The notes: a model not told the origin generated them from the letters alone. 64,000 nucleotides of DNA from an uncultured Verrucomicrobiaceae bacterium (GCA_964386045.1 CAYLRA010000003.1:9006-73005), one strand, 5' to 3'. Counted from the stretch's first letter, positions 17,386-26,425 are shown. Program-made: numbers and translations.

Positions 17386-18786
17386 ATGAACAAGAAAACA
17401 GATATTCCGGTTCAGGACAGAATTGCACTCACGGATGCCGATCTGGCCGAGCCGCTGACCTATCCGGTCGATGCGTTCCTCTCGCAGGAGTACGCCGATG
17501 CGGAGATGGAGAAGCTCTGGTCGAAGGTGTGGCAGATGGCTGGCCGCGTCGAGGATATTCCGGAGGTCGGCAATTTCCTGACCTACAACATCCTCGACGA
17601 ATCGATCGTCATCGTGCGCACCGCGCCCGATACGCTGCGCGCCTATTACAACGTCTGCCCGCATCGCGGTCGCCAGCTGGTCAACACGCCGGATGAGGTC
17701 AACTGCGTCAAGGGCAAGAAAAAGAATTTCGTCTGCGGCTTCCACGGCTGGACCTTCAACCTCGACGGCCAGAACACGCACATCCTCGACAAGCAGGATT
17801 GGAAAGGGGCGCTGGAAGATGAGTCGCGCACCTGCCTCTCCGAGCTGAAGGTCGATACCTGGGGTGGCTGGATCTACGTCAACATGGATCCGGAGTGCGA
17901 GCCGCTGCTCGAATTCCTCGGCGAGGTCGATCGCATCCTCGGCCCGTTCCAGTTCGACAAGATGCGTTACAAGTGGCGGCAGTGGGCGATCTACCCCTGC
18001 AACTGGAAGACCGCCATCGAAGCGTTCATGGAGCCCTACCATGTCGCCGGCACCCACTCGCAATTGCTGAAGTACGGACAGTTCTACGCCTACAGCAAAC
18101 CGTACGGCCTGCACGGGGTCAGTGGTTTCGATGAGCGCGATTCCAGCCAGAAAACCAGTCAGAGTACGTCGGTGACCCGCGCCGGTCTCGGCGACCCGCG
18201 TATCTCCACCTATGAGCTGGCACGCGAAAACTACGAGACGGTCAACTACGCCGCCTCGACCGAAACGTTAGTGAATGCCGCCAAGCGTCTGAAAGATGAA
18301 CTGCCCGAGGGCACGCCGGTGCAGGAGGTGCTGTCGCACTGGCTGAAATCGGCGAAGGCCGACGATGCCAAGCGCGGTGTCATCTGGCCGGAGCTGACGC
18401 CGGCGCAGCAGTCTGAAGCGGGGCTGGCGTGGAGCCTGTTTCCGAACCAGACGATTCTGCAGGGCATCACGTTCGCACTCTGTTATCGCGTGCGGCCGTA
18501 CGGTCGCGATCCGAACAAATGTATTTTCGAATCCTATGCGCTGGAGCGTTTCCCGGAAGGCCAGGAACCAAAGGCCGAGTGGGTCTATGCCGAGCCGACC
18601 GCCGAGAAGTGGGGCGCGGTACTGGCGCAGGATTTCGCCAACATGGAGTGGGTACAGCGCGGGATGAAGTCGCGCGGTTTTCGCGGCACGCTGCCCAACC
18701 CGCACCAGGAGCAGAAGATCACCAACTTCCACCGCCATCTCGCCCGGTTCATGGGCACAGGCGCACCGCGCCTGATAAAAAAATAG
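17386..18786 (+). CDS. Rieske non-heme iron oxygenase alpha subunit (paralog 3)
   Basis: ATG at 17386 (MNKKTD...), 12 nt after the BVMO2 stop (the ORF track starts at GTG 17377). Motifs CPHRGRQL...CGFHGW and EAFMEPYHVAGTHS. Confidence 0.85.
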   Translation: MNKKTDIPVQDRIALTDADLAEPLTYPVDAFLSQEYADAEMEKLWSKVWQMAGRVEDIPEVGNFLTYNILDESIVIVRTAPDTLRAYYNVCPHRGRQLVNTPDEVNCVKGKKKNFVCGFHGWTFNLDGQNTHILDKQDWKGALEDESRTCLSELKVDTWGGWIYVNMDPECEPLLEFLGEVDRILGPFQFDKMRYKWRQWAIYPCNWKTAIEAFMEPYHVAGTHSQLLKYGQFYAYSKPYGLHGVSGFDERDSSQKTSQSTSVTRAGLGDPRISTYELARENYETVNYAASTETLVNAAKRLKDELPEGTPVQEVLSHWLKSAKADDAKRGVIWPELTPAQQSEAGLAWSLFPNQTILQGITFALCYRVRPYGRDPNKCIFESYALERFPEGQEPKAEWVYAEPTAEKWGAVLAQDFANMEWVQRGMKSRGFRGTLPNPHQEQKITNFHRHLARFMGTGAPRLIKK

Positions 18787-18846
18787 GAGGCGCGCCGCGA
18801 CTGCTGAAGAAGTAAGACGATTTTTTCGTCTGTCATCGACTCGATG

Positions 18847-18892
18847 AGCGCGACGCCGGAGTGGAGATCGTTCTCCGCTCCGGCGTCGCGCT
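18847..18892. other. 21-bp-stem hairpin with a 4-nt loop in the Rieske3/ThDP-enzyme intergenic gap
   Basis: AGCGCGACGCCGGAGTGGAGA-TCGT-TCTCCGCTCCGGCGTCGCGCT. Perfectly complementary apart from one T/G (G-U) position, with no T-run after it. Confidence 0.6.
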
Positions 18893-18922
18893 GCCGGATT
18901 CAATCCACTGGAGGCTCGATCC

Positions 18923-20671
18923 ATGTCCGTACCTGTCTATGAGCGCATCATCCATCTGCTCGAAGCCGAAGGCATCAACACGCTGTTCGGCATTCCCGAT
19001 CCGGGTTTCATCCATATGTCCATGGTGTGCGAAAAGCGCGGCTGGAAAGTGACCGCCCCACACCACGAACAGAACGGCGCGTTCATGGCCGATGCGTGGT
19101 CGCGCATGACCGGCAAGCCGGGTGTCTGTTTCGGCACCCAGGGCCCCGGTGTTTCCAACCTCGCCACCGCGATGATCGTGGCGAAGAAAGAGGGTTCGCC
19201 GACCATTTTCTTCGGCGGCAACCGTTCGCGCACGGCCAACCAGCGCGCTCGTGTCGGTCGCATCCAGTACATGAACCAGCTCGACCACTTCAAGCCGCTG
19301 GTGAAATACGCCGCGATCATTGAAGAGCCGGATCAGACCGACGAGATCATTCGCGAGGCGATCCGTCAGTGCACCACCGGCAAACCCGGCCCGGTCTACA
19401 TCGAGCTGCCGCTCTCCGTCATTCACGAAACCTGGAAGTGGCCGCCGGTGCAACCGCCGGAGAAGTACCGCATGGTCGAACAGGCCGCCAGCGGCAACAT
19501 GATCAAGAAGGCGGTCGAGCTGATCAAAGCGGCCAAGAACCCGGTCATGCTGGTGGGACAGGGCATGTTCACCTCGCGTTCGCATGCGCTGGTCGCGCAG
19601 CTGGCCGAGAAGCTGGATTGCCCGATCCTGCAGACCTCCGGTTGCTCGATGACCATCAAGGGTCAGGAAGAGCGCACGTTTGCCTACGGCTTCTCTCCCG
19701 CCGGTCGCGCGGCTGCCAGCGAATCCGATCTCTGCATCGCCATCGGTACCGAACTGGGTGAGCCGGTGCACATGGGCATCGGCCGTCACTGGGAAAAAGG
19801 CGACGCCAATCGCAAGTGGATCTATGTCGAGCGCGATGCCGCCGCGATCGGCGTGAACCGTCCCATCGATGCGCCGCTGGTCGGCTGCATGCGCGACATC
19901 ATTCCGCAGCTGCTCGAAGCGCTGGGTGATCTCCAGCGCACCGGCAGTGCTGAATTCGCAAGCTGGAAAGTGATGCAGAAGGAGTGGCGCGCCAAGCTGC
20001 TCGCGGAAGTGCCGACCGGCGGTGCCAAGGTTCACCCGGCGCGCCTGATCGTCGAGGCGACCAAGGTGATTCCGGGCGACGCGATCTACGCGGCGGACGG
20101 CGGCTCCACCACCATCTACGGCTGGACCTATTCGCAGTACAAACCGGAGGATCTGGTCTGGAACCAGAACACCGGCCATCTGGGTACCGGCCTGCCCTAC
20201 GCCATCGGCGCGGCGCTGGCGACCGACGGCAAGCGTCCTGTGGTCTTCGTCACCGGCGACTCCTCGTTCATGTTCTCGCTGAACGAACTGGAGACCGCCG
20301 TGCGCAAGAAGCTGCCGATCGTGACGGTGGTGGCGTGCGACTACGCCTGGGGTCTGGAAGTCGGTTGCTGGAAGAAGCAGGTCGGCCCGGATTCGCCGGA
20401 GACCGAAGCGCACTGGGGCAACTGGGTGCGTTTCGACAAGATCGCCGAAGGTTTCGGTGCGGAAGGTCACTACATCGAGCGCGAAGAAGATATCGCGCCG
20501 ACGGTCGCCGCAGCCATCGAGCGCGCCCGCGCCACGGGCAGGCCGGTGGTGATCCAGGTGCCGGTCGATCCCTACGCCAACGCCATGGACGCGCCGAACT
20601 ACGAGGAGTTCAAATCCTGGTACACCGACTTCAAGGCCGGTTACGGCGCTGAAGCGGAAGATGCTTACTGA
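18923..20671 (+). CDS. Thiamine-diphosphate-dependent enzyme (acetolactate-synthase-like fold), paralog 1
   Basis: 582 aa. The N-terminal Pyr domain (YERIIHLLEAEGINTLFGIPDPGF...HEQNGAFMADAW...GPGVSNL) and the C-terminal PP domain with GDSSFMF...VVACDYAWG give a three-domain ThDP-enzyme layout. Confidence 0.8.
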   Translation: MSVPVYERIIHLLEAEGINTLFGIPDPGFIHMSMVCEKRGWKVTAPHHEQNGAFMADAWSRMTGKPGVCFGTQGPGVSNLATAMIVAKKEGSPTIFFGGNRSRTANQRARVGRIQYMNQLDHFKPLVKYAAIIEEPDQTDEIIREAIRQCTTGKPGPVYIELPLSVIHETWKWPPVQPPEKYRMVEQAASGNMIKKAVELIKAAKNPVMLVGQGMFTSRSHALVAQLAEKLDCPILQTSGCSMTIKGQEERTFAYGFSPAGRAAASESDLCIAIGTELGEPVHMGIGRHWEKGDANRKWIYVERDAAAIGVNRPIDAPLVGCMRDIIPQLLEALGDLQRTGSAEFASWKVMQKEWRAKLLAEVPTGGAKVHPARLIVEATKVIPGDAIYAADGGSTTIYGWTYSQYKPEDLVWNQNTGHLGTGLPYAIGAALATDGKRPVVFVTGDSSFMFSLNELETAVRKKLPIVTVVACDYAWGLEVGCWKKQVGPDSPETEAHWGNWVRFDKIAEGFGAEGHYIEREEDIAPTVAAAIERARATGRPVVIQVPVDPYANAMDAPNYEEFKSWYTDFKAGYGAEAEDAY

Positions 20672-20824
20672 AGCGTTGTACGGACTGATCGGTTGCAATA
20701 ATCGCGTCGCTGCTTAAGATCACCGCTCGGCTATAGATCATCGACACGGTTATTTCAGACATCTGTCACTTATAGCCGGCGCATCGTCGCCGGCTATCTG
20801 CTTATAAAGAGGATGGTTCTGCTC

Positions 20825-22249
20825 ATGCGCGAATACCTGAAGTTCTACATCGACGGCCAGTGGGTCGATCCGATCGAATTCAAGACGGTCAACCCGATCA
20901 ACCCGGCGACCGAAGAGCCGTCGGGCACCATCGCCCTCGGTGGCGTTGCCGATGTCGATCGCGCTGCCAAGGCGGCTCGCAAGGCTTTCGCCAGCTGGTC
21001 GCGCACCACGCGTGAAGAGCGCGTCGCGGTACTGGAGCGCATTCTCGCCGAGTACCAGAAGCGTTCGGCCGATCTGGCGAGCGCGGTAACCGAAGAGATG
21101 GGAGCACCGAAGGGGCTGGCCGGCGGTTTCCATATCGGCCTCGGCGCCGGTCACCTGACCACCGCCATCGAAGTGCTGAAAGCCTTCAAGTTCGAAGAGC
21201 TGCGCGGCCAGACCATGATCGTCAAGGATCCGATCGGCGTGGTCGGCATGATCACGCCGTGGAACTGGCCGATCAACCAGGTCACGGTCAAGGTGTTCCC
21301 GGCGCTGGCCGCCGGCTGCACCGTGGTGCTGAAGCCGTCGCAGGAGTCGCACTACTCGGCGCAGATTCTCGCCGAGATCTTTGATGCGGCGAAGGTGCCG
21401 GCCGGTGTCTTCAACATGATCCAGGGTCGCGGCTCGGTGGTGGGCGATGCGATTGCGCGCCATCCGGATATCGATATGGTGTCGATTACCGGTTCCGAAG
21501 GCGCCGGTATCGAAGTTGCGAAAGCGGCAGCAGACACGGTCAAGCGCGTTTGTCAGGAACTCGGTGGCAAAAGCGCCAACATCATTCTGGATGACGGTGA
21601 TTTCGCGCAGAACGTCGCCAAGGGCGTGGTCGGCATGATGGTCAACTCCGGCCAGACCTGCAGCGCCACGTCGCGCATGCTGGTGCCGAAGGCGCGCATG
21701 GAAGAGGCGATGCGCGTGGCGAAAGAAGCTGTTGCTACGGTGACGGTCGGCGATCCCAATACCGACGTGGCGATGGGCCCGGTGGTGTCGAAGTCGCAGT
21801 ACAACTCGATCCAGGATTACATCCGCAAAGGGATTGAAGAGGGCGCCACGCTGGTTGCAGGCGGTCCTGACCGTCCGGAAGGTCTGAACAAAGGCTGGTA
21901 TGTGAAGCCGACGGTGTTTGGCAATGTCACTAATCAGATGATCATTGCGCGCGAAGAGATCTTCGGGCCAGTGCTGGTCATCATTGGTTATGACAATGTC
22001 GATCAGGCCATCGAAATCGCCAACGATTCGCCGTTTGGTCTGGCAGGTAATGTCGCCGGTGCCGATTTGGAGAAGGTGCGCGCGGTTGGTCGCCAGATTC
22101 GTTCGGGCTGGGTTTCGCTCAATGACGGCTTCGACTTCCACGCGTCGTTCGGTGGCTACAAGAAGAGCGGTAACGGGCGCGAGTGGGGCGAGTTTGGTTT
22201 CCACGAATATCTGGAGATCAAGTCGCTGCTGGGTTATCAGCCTCAGTAA
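20825..22249 (+). CDS. NAD(P)-dependent aldehyde dehydrogenase
   Basis: Start at the ATG at 20825 (MREYLKFYIDGQWV), with AAGAGGA about 11 nt upstream. Motifs ELGGKSA and catalytic-Cys GQTCSATSR, with FGPVL near the C-terminus. Confidence 0.85.
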   Translation: MREYLKFYIDGQWVDPIEFKTVNPINPATEEPSGTIALGGVADVDRAAKAARKAFASWSRTTREERVAVLERILAEYQKRSADLASAVTEEMGAPKGLAGGFHIGLGAGHLTTAIEVLKAFKFEELRGQTMIVKDPIGVVGMITPWNWPINQVTVKVFPALAAGCTVVLKPSQESHYSAQILAEIFDAAKVPAGVFNMIQGRGSVVGDAIARHPDIDMVSITGSEGAGIEVAKAAADTVKRVCQELGGKSANIILDDGDFAQNVAKGVVGMMVNSGQTCSATSRMLVPKARMEEAMRVAKEAVATVTVGDPNTDVAMGPVVSKSQYNSIQDYIRKGIEEGATLVAGGPDRPEGLNKGWYVKPTVFGNVTNQMIIAREEIFGPVLVIIGYDNVDQAIEIANDSPFGLAGNVAGADLEKVRAVGRQIRSGWVSLNDGFDFHASFGGYKKSGNGREWGEFGFHEYLEIKSLLGYQPQ

Positions 22250-22262
22250 TTTGCGGCACTCC

Positions 22263-22349
22263 GTCATTCTGCGCGGAGCAAAGCGAAGTCGCAGAATCCA
22301 GACTGTTACTGCGCTGATCAATGGATTCTGCGACTACGCGCAGAATGAC
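22263..22349 (+). repeat. Nested-palindrome REP/MITE-like element, copy B
   Basis: Same outer (GTCATTCTGCGCG/CGCGCAGAATGAC) and inner (AGTCGCAGAATCCA/TGGATTCTGCGACT) arms as copy A, with a different central loop. Starts 13 nt after the ALDH stop. Confidence 0.8.
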
Positions 22350-22408
22350 GCGGGAAGGCTGTCGATATCGACGGCCTTTTTCATTTTCGGTAGCCGATTT
22401 TCAGGCAA

Positions 22409-22438
22409 TAAAAAACCGCGCCGAAGCGCGGTTTTTTA
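22409..22438. terminator. Bidirectional rho-independent terminator
   Basis: AAAAAACCGCGC-CGAA-GCGCGGTTTTTT between the convergent ALDH and ThDP-enzyme paralog 2. Confidence 0.75.
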
Positions 22439-22456
22439 TTGAAGAGCAAACAGTGA

Positions 22457-24184
22457 TTACTGTTGGCCTTCGGCGTACCAGGTGCGGAAACGATCGTAGT
22501 TCGGCGTATCCAGGTTCTTGTTGCCACCGTGGTTGATGACCGGATCGATCGGTACGTGGATGACGGTCGGTTTGCCGCTCTCGAACGCCGCGGTAACGGC
22601 TGCGCCCAGATCTTCGCCCTTGTCGACGTAGACGCCTTCACAGCCGAGGCCCTTGGCGATCTGGTCGAAGCGCACGTTCTTGCTCCAGTGCACGCCCGGC
22701 TCGGTGGTGTTGCCGTGGCCGAAGGTGCGCTTGTAGACGCCCACTTCCAGACCCCACGCGTTATCCACGCCGACGACGATGACCATCGGCAGGTTGAAGC
22801 GCTGCACCACTTCCAGATCGCCGATGTGATACAGGAACGACGAGTCGCTGGTGGTCAGCAGTACCGGGCGCTTGCCGCCGTCGGCGATCGATGCGCCGAT
22901 GGCATAGCCCAGACCGGTGCCGAGGCAGCCGAAGTTCTGGTTCCAGACCACGTCGTGCGGTTTCGACTGCAGGTAGGTCCAGGTGAAGATGACGGTGCAA
23001 CCGCCGTCGCGCGCGTGGATCGCGTTCTTCGGCATGGCCTTGGTGGCTTCGATGACCCACTGGCCGGTGTGCACGCGGCCGCTTTCGGTCTTGAAGTCCT
23101 GCTGGGTCAGCGCGTGCAGGCGCTCCTTGTCTTCCTTGATCCAGCGCTGCAGATCCGGGTGTTCCTTGCGCGGGCTGCCCTTCAGTGCGGCAGAGAGTTG
23201 CGGCACGACGGTGCGCAGGTCGCCGACCAGCGGCACGTCGATCGGTCGGTTCTGGCCGATCGCTTCCGGGTCGAGTTCGACGTAGACCCATTTGCGATCG
23301 GTTTTGCCGTTGGCCCACAGGTAGCCGCGGCCGTAGTGCACCGGCTCACCGATTTCGGTACCGATGGCGACGACGACGTCCGACTTGGCGACGATTTCGT
23401 CAGCCACGGTGGCAAACAGGTAGGGAAAGGTGCGGTCTTCGATGCCTTCGATGAAGGCGCTGCCGCCCGAGGTCTGCAGCACCGGGCAGCCCATCAGCTC
23501 GGCCAGCTCTTTCACCTTCTGACCGGCGCGGGTGCACTGCACCGCATGGCCCACCAGCAGCACCGGGCACTCGGCGTTTTTGATCAGCTCGGCGGCCTTC
23601 GCCACCATGTCGCCATCGGCACCCGGCTCGACCAGGCGGTAGCTTGACGGCGGCAGAGCCGGCGGTACGTCCAGCTCCTGCTGGATGATGTGCGACGGAT
23701 ATTCGATGTAGACCGGGCCCGGAGTACCGGACTGGCAGACGCGCAGGGCGTGACGAATGATTTCGTCGGTCTGGTCGGCGTACTCGATGCTGGCGCTCCA
23801 CTTCACCGAGTTCTCGAACAGCGCTTCCTGCTGGATGAACTGGATGCGACCGCGACGCACGCGCTGTTCGGTGATGCGGGCGCGCTGACCGCCGATATAG
23901 ATGACCGGCGTGTTCTCGACCAGCGAGGTCATCATCGAACCGGAGGTCAGGGCGATGCCCGGGCCCAGTGTGGCGATGCAGAGTGCCGGTTTGCCGGTCA
24001 TGCGGGCATAACCTTCGGCCATGAAACCTGCCGACAGCTCGTGGTGCGGGGTGACGACGTTCCAGCCGCGCTTCTCAGCCGCCACGAACAGGTGAACGAA
24101 GTTGGGATCCGGAATACCGAAGACGGTGTTGATGCCTTCGGCTTCGAAGAGCTCAAGGATACGTTCGTAGACTTTCACTGCCAT
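22457..24184 (-). CDS. Thiamine-diphosphate-dependent enzyme, paralog 2
   Basis: 575 aa, collinear with 18923-20671 (MAVKVYERILELFEAEGINTVFGIPDPNF...). The PP-domain segment is SDSSFLY...VVGVDNAWG. Confidence 0.8.
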   Translation of the reverse strand: MAVKVYERILELFEAEGINTVFGIPDPNFVHLFVAAEKRGWNVVTPHHELSAGFMAEGYARMTGKPALCIATLGPGIALTSGSMMTSLVENTPVIYIGGQRARITEQRVRRGRIQFIQQEALFENSVKWSASIEYADQTDEIIRHALRVCQSGTPGPVYIEYPSHIIQQELDVPPALPPSSYRLVEPGADGDMVAKAAELIKNAECPVLLVGHAVQCTRAGQKVKELAELMGCPVLQTSGGSAFIEGIEDRTFPYLFATVADEIVAKSDVVVAIGTEIGEPVHYGRGYLWANGKTDRKWVYVELDPEAIGQNRPIDVPLVGDLRTVVPQLSAALKGSPRKEHPDLQRWIKEDKERLHALTQQDFKTESGRVHTGQWVIEATKAMPKNAIHARDGGCTVIFTWTYLQSKPHDVVWNQNFGCLGTGLGYAIGASIADGGKRPVLLTTSDSSFLYHIGDLEVVQRFNLPMVIVVGVDNAWGLEVGVYKRTFGHGNTTEPGVHWSKNVRFDQIAKGLGCEGVYVDKGEDLGAAVTAAFESGKPTVIHVPIDPVINHGGNKNLDTPNYDRFRTWYAEGQQ

Positions 24185-24542
24185 GGCTTGGGAATCCTCA
24201 TCGTTGCGAACGGGTGGGCGATGCTGCAGATGTCTCTCGCGGACCGGCCCGGAAAAAAGGTTGGCTGTTGGCTCTGCTGCTTATGGGGCTTCGGTGCTTC
24301 TGGAGGGCAGGCAGCATAGCGCCGGCGGTTGTCGCGGTGCAACTGGATCGCATTCATTGATCCGGACAAGTTTCGACATTCAACCCCGTTTTTGAGCAAT
24401 AGGCGGCGCCATGGGTTGGAATATATCTGGACATGTCGGCCTGCGATGCCCCGTTCACGCCACATCGGCCAGCAGCTGCGGCCATTCTGGCCAGCCGCTT
24501 TCGCGCCGCTATACTGGCGCCCCCTCGTTGGAAGCCGCCGGC

Positions 24543-25172
24543 ATGTCGGATCTGCAGCACATCGAAGCCTTTCTTCCCTGTCCCACCCCGGATGCCTGGC
24601 TGGTCGCTGCCTGCGCCGATCTGCCGACGCTGCTGATCGACCACGCCAACTGCGAAAAGAAGGCGGCGGCGACCGCCGTCAACCTGCTTTACCGCTACGT
24701 CGAGCGGCCGCAGCTGATCTGGCGCATGTCGCGACTGGCGCGCGAGGAGCTGCGCCACTTCGAGCAGGTGACGGCGCTGATGGCGGCGCGTGGAGTTGCC
24801 TATCGACAGCTCAGCTCGGCCCGTTATGCCGGCGGCCTGCACAGGCAGATTCGTTCGCACGAGCCGGCCAAGCTGGTCGATACCCTCATCGTGGGTGCGT
24901 TTATCGAGGCGCGTTCCTGCGAGCGTTTTGCCCGGCTGGCACCGCTGCTGGAGCCGATCGATGCCGAGCTGGCGAAGTTCTATCGCGGGTTGCTCGCTTC
25001 GGAGGGGCGGCACTTCCAGTCATACCTGAAGCTGGCCCGACATTACGCCGCCGAGAGTGGGCTGGGGCCGATCGACGGGCGCATCGCCGACGTTGCGGCG
25101 GTCGAGCGCGAGCTGATCGAGTCGGCTGACGGCGAGCTGCGCTTTCACAGCGGCCCGCCGGTCGCGGCCTGA
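24543..25172 (+). CDS. miaE: tRNA-(ms2io6A37) hydroxylase MiaE
   Basis: Start trimmed to the ATG at 24543. MSDLQHIEAFLPCPTPDAWL...LLIDHANCEKKAAATA...EELRHFEQV and a later SCERF...SEGRHF segment match the MiaE diiron four-helix pattern. Confidence 0.8.
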   Translation: MSDLQHIEAFLPCPTPDAWLVAACADLPTLLIDHANCEKKAAATAVNLLYRYVERPQLIWRMSRLAREELRHFEQVTALMAARGVAYRQLSSARYAGGLHRQIRSHEPAKLVDTLIVGAFIEARSCERFARLAPLLEPIDAELAKFYRGLLASEGRHFQSYLKLARHYAAESGLGPIDGRIADVAAVERELIESADGELRFHSGPPVAA

Positions 25173-25185
25173 GCGAACCTCGCGT

Positions 25186-25914
25186 TCAGCCGACGATCGG
25201 GAACTGCTGCAGGGCCAGCGCGCTGTCGCGTTCGGCGCGCAGCTTCCAGCCGGTGGTGCCCCAGTCGCCGAGCACGATGCGCTCCGCCGGCCTGCCATCC
25301 AGCACCAGCGGGTGGCGGGCGGGGCGGTGGGTGTGACCGTGGATCAGCAGGTCGACGCCGGCATCGAGCATTACCCGCTCCACTTCGGTTGGCGTCACGT
25401 CCATGATCTCGCCGCTTTTTTCCGCGCCGGCCATGCGGCTTTCGTTGCGCAGCATCGCCGCGAGCTGGCGCCGCTCCGCCAGCGGTTTCGACAGCACCGC
25501 CTGCTGCCAGGCCGGGTTGCGCACCTGGTTGCGAAAGGCGAGGTAGTCGCGATCCTCGGTACAGAGCGTGTCGCCGTGCAGCAGCAGTGTGGGGCGACCG
25601 TACAGATCAATGACGGTCGATTCAGGCAGCAAGGTCATGCCGCAATGGCTGGCGAAGGTATCGCCCAGCAGGAAGTCGCGGTTGCCGTGCTGGAAATGGA
25701 GGGCGCAGCCGCTGGCGGCGAGTCGCCCCAGCGCGGCGGCGAGGTCGGCCAGCCAGGGGGCGTCATCATCGTCGCCGATCCAGGCTTCGAACAGGTCGCC
25801 GAGGATATAGAGGGCGTCGCAGCCGTGCAGCTGGTCGAGCAGGCCGATGCAGGCGCGCGTCAGCTCGGGACGCGACGCCTGCAGGTGCAGGTCGGAGATG
25901 AACCAGGTGGTCAT
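25186..25914 (-). CDS. lpxH: UDP-2,3-diacylglucosamine diphosphatase LpxH
   Basis: 242 aa. Calcineurin-like metallophosphoesterase motifs (ISDLHL, GDLFEAWIGDDD, GNRDF, HGHTHRP) in LpxH order. Confidence 0.85.
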   Translation of the reverse strand: MTTWFISDLHLQASRPELTRACIGLLDQLHGCDALYILGDLFEAWIGDDDDAPWLADLAAALGRLAASGCALHFQHGNRDFLLGDTFASHCGMTLLPESTVIDLYGRPTLLLHGDTLCTEDRDYLAFRNQVRNPAWQQAVLSKPLAERRQLAAMLRNESRMAGAEKSGEIMDVTPTEVERVMLDAGVDLLIHGHTHRPARHPLVLDGRPAERIVLGDWGTTGWKLRAERDSALALQQFPIVG

Positions 25915-25927
25915 CGGGGGAGGGGGG

Positions 25928-26425
25928 TCAGGCCTGCTCGACCGTCGCCTTCTCGATCACCACATCTTCGGCCGGCACATCCTGGTGGCCCGCCTTGCGG
26001 GTGGTGGCGACGCCCTTGATGCGGTTGATCACGTCCATGCCTTCGACGACACGACCGAACACGGCGTAGCCCCAGCCCTGCTGGGTCTTGCCGCTGTGGT
26101 TCAGGAAGTGGTTGTCGGCGACGTTGATGAAGAACTGCGCCGAGGCGGAGTGCGGGTCCATCGTGCGCGCCATGGCGACGGTGCCGGTGTCGTTCTTCAG
26201 GCCGTTGTCAGCCTCGTTCTCGATCGGGTCGCGGCCCTGCTTCTGGTTCATGCCCGGCTCGAAACCGCCGCCCTGGATCATGAAACCATCGATAACGCGG
26301 TGAAACACGGTGCCGTCGTAGAAACCTTCCTCGACATACTGCTGGAAGTTGGCGGCGCTCTTCGGAGCCTTGTCGAAGTCGAGTTCCAGTTTGATGTCGC
26401 CGAAGTTGGTATGCAGGGTAATCAT
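25928..26425 (-). CDS. ppiB: Cyclophilin-type peptidyl-prolyl cis-trans isomerase B
   Basis: 165 aa with no signal peptide. [15 protein letters not shown] and the rest are collinear with cytoplasmic PpiB. Confidence 0.9.
   Translation of the reverse strand: MITLHTNFGDIKLELDFDKAPKSAANFQQYVEEGFYDGTVFHRVIDGFMIQGGGFEPGMNQKQGRDPIENEADNGLKNDTGTVAMARTMDPHSASAQFFINVADNHFLNHSGKTQQGWGYAVFGRVVEGMDVINRIKGVATTRKAGHQDVPAEDVVIEKATVEQA

Noticed and set aside
15112-18114. 1,000-aa minus-strand ORF spanning the SDR/BVMO2/Rieske3 region
   Set aside because: It is antisense to three well-supported plus-strand genes and crosses their intergenic gaps. The composition is that of a GC-rich shadow ORF.
24329-25129. 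266-aa plus-strand ORF overlapping miaE in another frame
   Set aside because: Its translation is Arg/Ala-rich with no motif, whereas the miaE frame shows the diiron hydroxylase pattern.
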